Notes under the pieces: model-generated
Database searches by the model: none
Seen by the model: the letters and a program-made list of their open reading frames with translations, nothing else
What the model was told of the DNA's origin: nothing
Shown here: positions 21,259-30,257 of the stretch, piece by piece
Position numbering within the stretch: position 1 is the stretch's first letter
Layout: each line of letters starts with the position of its first letter
Made by a program: the position numbers and the translations under genes
Origin: a virus
Direction: 5' to 3' (one strand)
Virus record (IMG/VR): IMGVR_UViG_3300044797_000101
Span: 1 to 64,000 of that record
DNA length: 64,000 nt

Positions 21259-21287
21259 AGGAGGTTTACGACTATTAGATTTGAAAC

Positions 21288-21539
21288 TTACTTCTGTGGA
21301 GCTGGATAATCTTTTGCGATACGTGAAGGAATCTCACGAATATCTTCACAATGATTATTGCAACGCGGACACATTTCTAAGAGGTAATACTTAGATTCTA
21401 CTTGTTTAACGACATATAAAAAATTCTTATTTTGATTACATGCAGGGCAAAGATATCGTTCTTCAGTGTAAATCTTCATATTAGCTACCTCAGAAAGTTG
21501 TATCATGGTTATTCTCCTTGTCCTTTCTTTTGTTCGCAT
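21288..21539 (-). CDS. Zn-ribbon protein
   Basis: CPAC...CPRC; real start is probably an internal Met. Confidence 0.6.
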   Translation of the reverse strand: MRTKERTRRITMIQLSEVANMKIYTEERYLCPACNQNKNFLYVVKQVESKYYLLEMCPRCNNHCEDIREIPSRIAKDYPAPQK

Positions 21540-21748
21540 TGTTCTAAATACTTAAGATTATCTGGAACGAACTTCTCACAATCACAATTATATGTTCGTC
21601 CATACTTATTGTTTGCTGCCTGTGTAAATCCTTCGCACCATCCTGTCCAAAGTGGAGCACCTACAGTATCATGAAATGCTTTACTATGCCCGCATCTACA
21701 AGGAAAATGTTTGGGTATTCTCTTTTTCCTTGGTTTCTTTAAATTCAT
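21509..21748 (-). CDS. CxCGH Zn-finger protein with DNLKYLE tag
   Basis: CRCGHSKAFH...CDCEKFVPDNLKYLE. Confidence 0.75.
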   Translation of the reverse strand: MNLKKPRKKRIPKHFPCRCGHSKAFHDTVGAPLWTGWCEGFTQAANNKYGRTYNCDCEKFVPDNLKYLEQCEQKKGQGE

Positions 21749-21917
21749 TTAATCGTTCCAAAGTTGCAAGATTATCCATCTCAAAAGTAAGACATTTATC
21801 CCAACAAAAACCACATGCACTATGATAATCTAGCCCAAGAGATTGCGCATAGTATTTACCATGCTGACTCTTAGCATGACCACATTTACATCTTGATTGT
21901 GGACGACGTCTTTTCAT
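21696..21917 (-). CDS. CxCGH Zn-finger protein with DNLATLE tag
   Basis: CKCGHAKSQH...CGFC...CLTFEMDNLATLE. Confidence 0.7.
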   Translation of the reverse strand: MKRRRPQSRCKCGHAKSQHGKYYAQSLGLDYHSACGFCWDKCLTFEMDNLATLERLNEFKETKEKENTQTFSL

Positions 21918-22276
21918 TATTTACCAGTTGGGTTATTCTTAATCCATCCAGCAACAGTTTCATGCATAATCTTGTCTTCAAATCCAAATGATTTTTGACA
22001 CGTAGGACAGAATACAGCAAATCTGTTATCACCGGCGCCCATTCTCATAACCTGTCTATCAGAGATTGTCTCTCGGCACGTAGCACAATACCATTCGCGT
22101 TCTGCTTCTGGTTGCACAACTACTGGAGCAACTGCAACAGGCTTAACCTTGCGATTATATGCACGTTTCTTTTTTGGTGCAGCAAGTAGTTCTGGGGAAA
22201 TAGCTAAAGGTCCAGTAACATCTTTTGTTGTCGCTTCTTCGTGTGCAGCCATTTCTTTAAATGTATCATCATTCAT
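21917..22276 (-). CDS. Zn-ribbon protein
   Basis: CATC...CPTC; AGGAG RBS. Confidence 0.65.
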   Translation of the reverse strand: MNDDTFKEMAAHEEATTKDVTGPLAISPELLAAPKKKRAYNRKVKPVAVAPVVVQPEAEREWYCATCRETISDRQVMRMGAGDNRFAVFCPTCQKSFGFEDKIMHETVAGWIKNNPTGK

Positions 22277-22277
22277 C

Positions 22278-22454
22278 TTAACTCTCCTTTTGTATCGTCA
22301 GCCATTCTAAGAAGGCTAAATTCTCTATTCGTTCAAATTTACAATGACTACTTTTTCTATTATCTTTACATGCATAACAATAATCAAAGTGTCTACCGTG
22401 ATCATTCTGTTTATGCCCACACTTCTTACAAGGATACAACGATTTATCAGGCAT
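22278..22454 (-). CDS. 58 aa Zn-finger protein with ENLAFLE tag (not in ORF track)
   Basis: Hand translation MPDKSLYPCKKCGHKQNDH...CYAC...CKFERIENLAFLEWLTIQKES. Confidence 0.7.
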   Translation of the reverse strand: MPDKSLYPCKKCGHKQNDHGRHFDYCYACKDNRKSSHCKFERIENLAFLEWLTIQKES

Positions 22455-23121
22455 TTAATTCATTAATTATATCAACTGATCGACTGCATCCAACACGAGA
22501 AGCACCTGCTTCAAGCATCAGATTAAGATCTGCAAGTGTTCTAATACCGCCAGAAGCTTTGACCTTAATCCTTGTTCCTGCAACGCTGTCTTTCATAAGC
22601 TTAACGCAACGTGCTGTTTCAGCAGGCGTTATTTCTTTAAAAAAACCAGTAGATGTCTTAACAAAATCTAAATTAGTCTCTTTAGCCAAATCACAACAAT
22701 GCTTAATCTCATCATCTGTTAAAGCAGCGACTTCTAAAATTAATTTAAGGACATGACGTTCAGAAGCTTCTCGAATCTCTACCAGTTCATCCTTAATACG
22801 TTTCCAATCACCAGTTTTAACTAAGCTGATATTGATAACAGCATCAATCTCATGAGCACCCTTTGAAATCGCGCGTTCAATCTCGATTGATTTTGTATGT
22901 ATATCTGAAGCCCCAAATGGAAATCCAACAACTGAACAAACCTTAACACTAGTAAGTGGATTTGCATTCAAAAGGCTTGCAACTAATGGAACATGGAAGG
23001 AGTTAACACAAACTGAATAAAATCCGTACTTTACTGCTTCTCTACACAACTCTGTATATTTGCCTAAAGGCGCATCTGGACGAAGAAGCGTATGATCTAT
23101 CATACAAGCTATACTATCCAT
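22447..23121 (-). CDS. deoC: Deoxyribose-phosphate aldolase
   Basis: IDHTLLRP, VVGFPFG, EIDAVIN, FVKTSTGF, VKASGGIR, GASRVGCS; start MDSIAC after AAGGAGG. Confidence 0.95.
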   Translation of the reverse strand: MDSIACMIDHTLLRPDAPLGKYTELCREAVKYGFYSVCVNSFHVPLVASLLNANPLTSVKVCSVVGFPFGASDIHTKSIEIERAISKGAHEIDAVINISLVKTGDWKRIKDELVEIREASERHVLKLILEVAALTDDEIKHCCDLAKETNLDFVKTSTGFFKEITPAETARCVKLMKDSVAGTRIKVKASGGIRTLADLNLMLEAGASRVGCSRSVDIINELNA

Positions 23122-23143
23122 TAAACCCTCCTTACCTCTTATA

Positions 23144-23172
23144 AATATATCACACTTTTTGTGATTTGTCAA
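23144..23172 (-). promoter_or_regulatory. Sigma70-type promoter for deoC
   Basis: TTGACA-17 bp-TATATT; spacer contains inverted repeat TCACA-aaaag-TGTGA. Confidence 0.65.
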
Positions 23173-23178
23173 CTAATA

Positions 23179-24828
23179 TTATAGGTAATTATTGATCAAT
23201 TCAACAAGCTTTTTAGGGTCTATCTTTTCCATATTTGATACGGATTGTATAGCATATTCAAGGGCACGATCTTTTTCATGGCCACGTTTAACAGCCTGAG
23301 CATAGTTGTTCAAAGCTGTGTTATAAATAGGTGCTGTAGTAGCAGCGATTTGATCTTGCTGATCCTGAGGTAAAACCTGATCATCAGCGGTTTTCTTAAC
23401 CTCACCAGTTCCACCAGTCTGTATCTCTTTGCCATTCTTAAGGTCCCAGATTGCAATCTGGTTGTGTTGTTTACCTAATTCAATGGCTTGCGCCTCATCG
23501 GGAATAGTTGCTACGATATCTAAATAAAGTTTGCCACCATTAACCCAAGCACCAATGGAGTTTTCAGCATTATTCAAAAGATCTTCATTTTTAAGCATGA
23601 ATTGCTCTAATGTATCAAAATCTGTACCAGAAGGTAAAATCTCAGAACGTTCAGGATAGATTGAAACTGCATAGTTATCAGTTCCTACCATGTTACCCTG
23701 TGAGAGATTAAATGTAGCACCACTGTTTGCATGAATAGAATTAAGAACTTGGTTTACAATTTGCCCACTTAAATCAGCCTGTTTTCCCATACGCTTACTT
23801 TTTTGAATGCCCTTACGCAGGGTAGGAAATGGGTCATTAACTACCCAGTTGCCGCTAAAGGTTTCAATAAGAACGTATTGAAAACCTGGTTGCCAGTTCT
23901 GAGCCACATAATCATCAAGTTGATCAACACGCCCAATATCTTTGGTATTAAAAACGATAGCAGAATCTGCAACGGCTGCGCGTGTCCAGCCATTATCAAT
24001 CATGTATGATACTGTGCTATCAGTATTTGGATCCATCTGTGATAAATCTAAATTGTACTGGGTTTTAAGCATCTCAGCATTTGCTTCGCCCCAAGTATCG
24101 TGTGTATTATCACTAAACGTAAAAATCTTTCCACTAGGATCAATCCAGGCAGGTGCATCCATACGTGCTTTCTTGCTGAATGGTCTTTTAAATGCAGAAG
24201 CAACATTTGAAGCTGGCTGTTCATCCTTGTTCTCATCATCTGCAGGCAACCAACCAGTATTAGGGAATGGAGACTTCTGGGGTTTTGCGCCTTGATCTTC
24301 TGGGCTTGAAAATGGTCCACTATCTAGGGTTGGATTTACACCAACATCATCTGTAGAAAATTCCGCACCTGTAAATTCACCGTCAGCTGTTTTATCTTGC
24401 CCGTACTCATATGCAAGATACCCAGGAGCATGATTAAGCATATCATCAGCATCTTCTTGAGCTGGCCAAAGATCATCTGATGCGATTTTCAAGCTTGCAT
24501 TTTTCGGAAGTTTGCTAAGTAAGAACTCACGTGGAATATTGTATTTCTCTGTTGCAAGGGTCCAAAGTTTAGCAGCAAGATCACCGACATCATCCACAGT
24601 GACAAAAGGATAGGCATCCGCAATTGATTTAATCTCTTGAGGAGGAACGCCTTCAGCAGTTAATAGTTTAACGAGTTTTACGAGGAAGGTATATTCGGGA
24701 TCATGCTTGTCAATTTCTTTTGCACCACGTTGTTCAGCCTGATCATATGGTTCACGATCATATAAAAATCGAGGACGTTCAGGAACTTCAGCTTGTTTAG
24801 AAATAGATTTTTTTGAAAATGGTCTCAT
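23179..24828 (-). CDS. Modular protein (549 aa) with K-x-A linkers, a WIDPxG domain and a GAW..YLD..NQIAIWDL domain
   Basis: SKQA, LKIA, DKTA, SKKA, GKQA, KKTA at boundaries; the WIDPSG..HDTW..MIDNGWTR domain is shared with the 1324 aa protein. Confidence 0.7.
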   Translation of the reverse strand: MRPFSKKSISKQAEVPERPRFLYDREPYDQAEQRGAKEIDKHDPEYTFLVKLVKLLTAEGVPPQEIKSIADAYPFVTVDDVGDLAAKLWTLATEKYNIPREFLLSKLPKNASLKIASDDLWPAQEDADDMLNHAPGYLAYEYGQDKTADGEFTGAEFSTDDVGVNPTLDSGPFSSPEDQGAKPQKSPFPNTGWLPADDENKDEQPASNVASAFKRPFSKKARMDAPAWIDPSGKIFTFSDNTHDTWGEANAEMLKTQYNLDLSQMDPNTDSTVSYMIDNGWTRAAVADSAIVFNTKDIGRVDQLDDYVAQNWQPGFQYVLIETFSGNWVVNDPFPTLRKGIQKSKRMGKQADLSGQIVNQVLNSIHANSGATFNLSQGNMVGTDNYAVSIYPERSEILPSGTDFDTLEQFMLKNEDLLNNAENSIGAWVNGGKLYLDIVATIPDEAQAIELGKQHNQIAIWDLKNGKEIQTGGTGEVKKTADDQVLPQDQQDQIAATTAPIYNTALNNYAQAVKRGHEKDRALEYAIQSVSNMEKIDPKKLVELINNYL

Positions 24829-24834
24829 TGGATC

Positions 24835-24999
24835 TTACCTTTTAAAGTTGGGATTAGGAATACAAGATTCATTTGATTCTCTATATCCCTCACAAGAACC
24901 TCTATCTTCATAATTACACTGAATAGTTTGTTCAGCCTTATTAAACGTGCACCAAGGTTGAATCCCTATTAAATGAAGAGCGGCTAATAGAGTAAACAT
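24835..24999 (-). CDS. 54 aa secreted four-cysteine peptide (DUF3551-like)
   Basis: Hand translation MFTLLAALHLIGIQPWC...QCNY...SC...SCIPNP. Confidence 0.5.
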   Translation of the reverse strand: MFTLLAALHLIGIQPWCTFNKAEQTIQCNYEDRGSCEGYRESNESCIPNPNFKR

Positions 25000-25000
25000 C

Positions 25001-28000
25001 TTAGATTGCTTTGTTAACAGAAGCTGGATCAGTCATTACTACATATTTACCAACAGTACTATCCCACTGCCACTTCTGTCCTGCGGGAAGTGGCGAGGTT
25101 GGAGCCTGTGTAGGACTTTCTAAATTATTATCATCAGTAGGTTGAACGTTCTGAATCAAAGGAGCTGTTGTAGCTGGGGTTGTTGAAGGAACAGTTGCAT
25201 TAGGATCATTTGTAACAACGGTTTCAGACGTTTCATCTGTTGCAGTATCTGCATGCTTTTCAGTTTCACTATTCTTTGTTTCCCATTCTTGAGCAAATTG
25301 AGGATAATTATCTTGAATATAGAATTCAAGACTGATATTTGGTTCATCCTGAAATTCTGTTGCCTCAGATTGCGTGAGAGCCAACTCATCAACGTCATTG
25401 CCACCGGACCATTCTTTAAAAGCATCAAAATCAAAACCAGGAGGAAGCATTATACCTTTATATGAAATCCATTCTGGTGCAGCGGCTGTTTTATCAGAAA
25501 TTGATCTTTTAAATTTCTTACAATCACAATCTTCAAATGAACACTCATCGTCATCAGTATGATCTTTCCACATATGTCCACAACTGCATCGAGTAACTGG
25601 TGTTTCACCAGCTGCTTCTTTCTCAATATCCTCTACAATCTCTTTATGCTCTGGTTCTGCTTTCTCATGCTCATTAAGCTTAGGAGTAATACCACATTCT
25701 TCCTCAAGCTTCCAAAGCTTATTCTCTAATTCTTCAATCATCTTATGTTCTGCACTTTCATCTCCACCAAGCTGCTCTTCAAGTAAAGCAATACCATGTG
25801 TGATATCTTCGAATAAAGCTGGAAGATCCATTGGTGCTTCTTCACCAGCTGTCTTAATAGCAGGAGCTGTTTGAATTCTTTCTTGAACTTCAGACATGCG
25901 TCCGCGCATATCAGTGATATGATCTGTCAATGATTGATATGGATTAGCCAATGTTTCAGCAAGAACATTTCTGCTGAAAGGACGAATCGCACCATTATGT
26001 TTAAAATATTCTACTTGACGAAGACGCTTTACCGCTTCACCTTTGGACTTATATGGTCCACCTAAATTTTTGCCTTTCTCACTAAGTACATGCCATCCAT
26101 CTTTCTGATGAACAACGCGCGCCACCTTATTTAGAGAACCATAAATACCTTTTCCCTCAGCGCAAGACTTGCAATATGGTTTTCCTTTCTGATCAACACC
26201 TTTGCCATTTATAATCTCATTTCCGCAAAGAGCGCATTTTAAAGATGCTTTTGTATCATTTTTAGAAGAAAATTCTTGACCGCACTGCTCACATTTAAAA
26301 TGTTTTCTATTTCCTAATATTCCTAAGAACCTGCCAAAGCCGAAGCAAATAGGGCATTCGTTAGGTTCATCATTCATACGATATTCAGCTGTTTTTTCTG
26401 ATTTAACAGGATTTGGTTTACCGCAATTTGTACAATAATCTAATATCCCAGGATACCAATATCCGCAATCAGAGCATTCACCAGCTGGATATTTTTGCTG
26501 GCCAATGGCTGTTTTTTCATTCGATACACATTTAGAATTTTTACAGATACAATTATCTGTATCACACATTTCATGATGACCAGCTTCACATTTAGTACAA
26601 ACTGACATTTCTTTTGGCATATCAGCTTTAGCTTTCAATGAAGATGTAACACCCAATGCTTTGTATACTTCATCTTGCTCTTTAGAACCTAAAGCATTCC
26701 AATGCCGTTTAAACATTACCCATGCCATCTCTTGTACATCGTCATCTGAAGGTCCATTCATAGGATCAAAAGGAGGTGGAGTCATGTTAGCATCACCACG
26801 TTGAGGAAGTATTTGTTTAGGAAGTGCTGTTTCTAAAGCTTGTTTTTCATTGCTAGCTTTATCTAACCAATTCTCATTAACTTCTTGTGTAGTACCGTCG
26901 TTAAATTTAAGTACACATGTCCATCCATATTTTTTAGTATCACCAGTTGCTCTAACAAGTGCAACTGTAGCTTCTTCACCTTTACGTGATCCGTCATTAA
27001 ATACTACCATATCACCTATATTAAACTTTGGAACTACTCTATGTGTACCTTTAGGTGTGTACAAATTATTATTGACTGCAGTTTTCTGGACAGCGAAACG
27101 TCCACAAGTAGGGCAAGTTTCACCCTCTGCACCTTCAAATGTTCCATGACAATCAGCGCATTCTTTAGCAGCTGCTTTCTTAACATCCTCTTTAGCTCTA
27201 CATTCTTTACAATATTCTTGTGATAATGAGTAGCTATCAAACTTTTTTCCACATGAAGAGCAAGTTCTTGGTTCAAATGTAGCTGTTTTTCTCTCTTTCA
27301 TCTCAGTGGCATAACCGCCACATTCTGGACAAGAGCCATGACCTGGAATACCAACACCTTTACATTTTGGACATGTAACTTCTGATTCTAAATCATTTAG
27401 GGATTCAGGTGTTGCTGGTGGGCGATTGCCTTCCATCAATTCAGCTGAGCTAACCCACATTGGTCCACCCTCTGTACAATCTAACAGGGTCTCTGATCCT
27501 GAATGTCCCAGTACCTTGTCTGAATGCCCATTATGATTCACAGGTTGACTTTCTAGTGCCGTTAGCTGGATCTTGGATGAACTACACCATCCGCGGACAC
27601 CATGCTCAATACTGGCAAATTTGACACGTCTAGCGGCTTTGTCTTCAGCCATAATAAAGATCGTAGAGCCAGCATCTAGATGAGCTATCTTCTCAACTAG
27701 TTTTGCCTTCTTCATATTTCGAGTGAGCTCGATCTCTGAGCAAAACTCTAATTGCTTCTTATTCATTGGCTGGCTATCTTTGCCCTTGATATTAAATAGT
27801 TTTTTTCCATCAGCGCTAATATCGTACCCTTCTGTTACAGGGGTCGCCAATAGTTCGCGCTTTAGGACATTCAATTTTGTAGCAGAGGTAACAGGCGCAT
27901 TATCTAGGTCTGCTTTAATTTTAAAATATTCATCTTTCAATGCTTTAACCTGAATGATCTCATCATGTAAATGAAGAGTCTTATTAGAAGCAATCTTAAC

Positions 28001-28054
28001 AAGTTTGTCAATAATCTGTTCAATATGGTTTAATTTAGCTTCTTTATCAATCAT
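25001..28054 (-). CDS. Giant modular protein (1017 aa): string of Zn ribbons, KOW/SH3 and GKNLG domain separated by K-x-A
   Basis: Eight or more Cys clusters; KFNIGDMVVF; HVLSEKGKNLGGPYKSKGEAVKRLRQVEYFK. Confidence 0.7.
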   Translation of the reverse strand: MIDKEAKLNHIEQIIDKLVKIASNKTLHLHDEIIQVKALKDEYFKIKADLDNAPVTSATKLNVLKRELLATPVTEGYDISADGKKLFNIKGKDSQPMNKKQLEFCSEIELTRNMKKAKLVEKIAHLDAGSTIFIMAEDKAARRVKFASIEHGVRGWCSSSKIQLTALESQPVNHNGHSDKVLGHSGSETLLDCTEGGPMWVSSAELMEGNRPPATPESLNDLESEVTCPKCKGVGIPGHGSCPECGGYATEMKERKTATFEPRTCSSCGKKFDSYSLSQEYCKECRAKEDVKKAAAKECADCHGTFEGAEGETCPTCGRFAVQKTAVNNNLYTPKGTHRVVPKFNIGDMVVFNDGSRKGEEATVALVRATGDTKKYGWTCVLKFNDGTTQEVNENWLDKASNEKQALETALPKQILPQRGDANMTPPPFDPMNGPSDDDVQEMAWVMFKRHWNALGSKEQDEVYKALGVTSSLKAKADMPKEMSVCTKCEAGHHEMCDTDNCICKNSKCVSNEKTAIGQQKYPAGECSDCGYWYPGILDYCTNCGKPNPVKSEKTAEYRMNDEPNECPICFGFGRFLGILGNRKHFKCEQCGQEFSSKNDTKASLKCALCGNEIINGKGVDQKGKPYCKSCAEGKGIYGSLNKVARVVHQKDGWHVLSEKGKNLGGPYKSKGEAVKRLRQVEYFKHNGAIRPFSRNVLAETLANPYQSLTDHITDMRGRMSEVQERIQTAPAIKTAGEEAPMDLPALFEDITHGIALLEEQLGGDESAEHKMIEELENKLWKLEEECGITPKLNEHEKAEPEHKEIVEDIEKEAAGETPVTRCSCGHMWKDHTDDDECSFEDCDCKKFKRSISDKTAAAPEWISYKGIMLPPGFDFDAFKEWSGGNDVDELALTQSEATEFQDEPNISLEFYIQDNYPQFAQEWETKNSETEKHADTATDETSETVVTNDPNATVPSTTPATTAPLIQNVQPTDDNNLESPTQAPTSPLPAGQKWQWDSTVGKYVVMTDPASVNKAI

Positions 28055-28066
28055 TTTAATATCCTC

Positions 28067-28573
28067 TTATTTTAATCCAGCTTCTACCAAGATCTTTTCA
28101 TAAAATTTGGTTGCTTCTTTAGGAGTACAATTGTGCTGCTTACTACTGTTTTCTGGGTGTGTCAAATATTGTAAGTTCCAACTAACATGCAAGCCTGAAA
28201 CCTTCTTACCTTGTAAAGGAATTATATGATCAACAGTTAAATCTTTAGGTTTATTTAAATAAAATTCTTTTATTCCTTCTTGTCCCCAAGATACTTCGCG
28301 TAAACCACGTTTAGCATTCGCACGTAACTTTGTTAATACTACAATGTCTGGATTTCTTTTTTTATACTCTTTATGCTGTACTTTTATTTCATCAACATGC
28401 TGATTATTATATTTATTATGTCTAGCTAAAATTTTGGCTTTATTAGCTTCATAATATCTTTTTTGATATTCTTTAATATAATCTTTATTTTGCTTAATCC
28501 ATCTATCTATATCAAACATAAAATTATCTAGCTGGTTCAGCCTGTTCAGATTCAAATTCAGAATCAACATCAT
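28067..28573 (-). CDS. HNH endonuclease
   Basis: TVDHIIPLQGKKVSGLHVSWNLQYL...NSSK; real start probably MFDID. Confidence 0.85.
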   Translation of the reverse strand: MMLILNLNLNRLNQLDNFMFDIDRWIKQNKDYIKEYQKRYYEANKAKILARHNKYNNQHVDEIKVQHKEYKKRNPDIVVLTKLRANAKRGLREVSWGQEGIKEFYLNKPKDLTVDHIIPLQGKKVSGLHVSWNLQYLTHPENSSKQHNCTPKEATKFYEKILVEAGLK

Positions 28574-30239
28574 CTTTTCCTTCTGTAATACCTTGAGCTT
28601 GCGCTGGGGAATGATCCATAATTGTTAGGTGTTCTGCGTTCTGAGCTCCAGCGATCTTAGTTAAACGTGAAGGATCAACGCCTCGATAAATAACCCCTTT
28701 GTAGGTATTCTCTTGAACGTCAACAGTTCCATCAGCATTCACAACCTTAATAAAACCTTCTGCTCCTTCAATCTTATCAACAATTTTATCGCCCACTTTT
28801 AATGGAACGCTTACATTCTCAGCTGCACCTTCTTTCTGATTATTTGTCTCATTGATAGTTTTCCATTCAGCAAGCCATTGATCAAATTCAGGTTGCAATA
28901 CTGGACGCCATTCTGGCATACCTGAGTACTTCAATTCAAATGTACCATTCTCTGGTTGTTTCATTCGAACATTTGTATCATTAATTTTAAGAGGAACATG
29001 CTGCTGAAAACGACCATTCGTCAAATCATATACAGTTGCTTCATATCCATGACCGGAGGTTGCCTTTGTGATTTGACGAATTAATTCAGGACCTCCGCTA
29101 GCTTTTTTTCCTAATTCTCGATTACGCAACGCGATTTGACATTTATGAGAACAGGTCTTAAATTTAGTATCACCTGTGTCGTTTCCACAATTAGTACATT
29201 TACCACCTGATGCTTGAACATCATTGTTACCAAACTTCTCAGCAATGGCTTTCTCAAGATCTACAATCTTCTGATCTAGACGAGCAGTCCAGGAATGATT
29301 GCCTTGAGCATAATGTGCTTCGCGCTCTTCTTTTAAATCCTTAAGAAGAGATTCATAATTGCCTTTCAAATCACCTTGTTTCTCAGTATTACTTTCACAA
29401 TTCTTACAAATTGGTTCTGCTTGAGGTTGCGGAGCAGCAACTGGCTCTTCAGCTTTCTTTTTAAGATCATGCATATAGTATCCGCCGTATTCACCATGTT
29501 TCTCTTTGATTGGTCCATCCATCCACTTAACGTAAACAAGAGGATCGCCATTGATACCAGAAGGACGCATAACATGTCCCCAAGAACCTGTAGCTCCACG
29601 AATAGGTTCAACCTTATCATCCACTGCAAATTTTTCTAATTCAGCCTTTGGTTCTTGATCACTAATAATATGAGGAGCAATCTTAGGATCTTTCTCAACA
29701 CGATCTACGATATCATCGTGCTTCTTTACAGAATCAGGAACAATAACACCGGGAGCAAGCTTAGGATCAGTTTCAACTTTCTTCACTACATTTGGATCAA
29801 CCGCAGCAACAGTCTTATCAAGCTTCTGACCTGGATTTGTAGGAGCTATATCAGAAGCATGCGTAAATTCCATATGCTGCTGTAATGCTGCTTGATCATT
29901 AAATGTTATACCACCGCAAAGAGGACAATTTACTTTCTGATCATCTGGGGTTGCTTCTGGTTGACCAGGTTGACTTGGGGTAACAGCATTAGGTGCAGTT
30001 GCACCAATATTGCCTGCCATAGGAACAGCAACTGCTTCTACCTCTTGAGGTTTTTCAGCTTTGGCTTTCGCACGTTGTTCTTTCTTTTCCTGCTTTTCCT
30101 TAAGCATGTCTTTGAGATTCTTAATGGTATCTGTAATCTCTTTAATTAAAGCAGGTTTAACCTTTGATGCGTCCATTTCTTTTAGACGTTTCTCAAGGTT
30201 ACGAATCTGTGTAGGAAGGCCAGCTGTCTTGTCGATCAT
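28524..30239 (-). CDS. Modular protein (571 aa) with C2H2 finger, SH3-like and Zn modules
   Basis: Starts MIDKTA; CPLC...HMEFTH; FAVDDKV and LKVGDKIV SH3/KOW-like segments; K-x-A linkers. Confidence 0.65.
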   Translation of the reverse strand: MIDKTAGLPTQIRNLEKRLKEMDASKVKPALIKEITDTIKNLKDMLKEKQEKKEQRAKAKAEKPQEVEAVAVPMAGNIGATAPNAVTPSQPGQPEATPDDQKVNCPLCGGITFNDQAALQQHMEFTHASDIAPTNPGQKLDKTVAAVDPNVVKKVETDPKLAPGVIVPDSVKKHDDIVDRVEKDPKIAPHIISDQEPKAELEKFAVDDKVEPIRGATGSWGHVMRPSGINGDPLVYVKWMDGPIKEKHGEYGGYYMHDLKKKAEEPVAAPQPQAEPICKNCESNTEKQGDLKGNYESLLKDLKEEREAHYAQGNHSWTARLDQKIVDLEKAIAEKFGNNDVQASGGKCTNCGNDTGDTKFKTCSHKCQIALRNRELGKKASGGPELIRQITKATSGHGYEATVYDLTNGRFQQHVPLKINDTNVRMKQPENGTFELKYSGMPEWRPVLQPEFDQWLAEWKTINETNNQKEGAAENVSVPLKVGDKIVDKIEGAEGFIKVVNADGTVDVQENTYKGVIYRGVDPSRLTKIAGAQNAEHLTIMDHSPAQAQGITEGKDDVDSEFESEQAEPAR

Positions 30240-30257
30240 GTTATTTTACCTCTTGAA

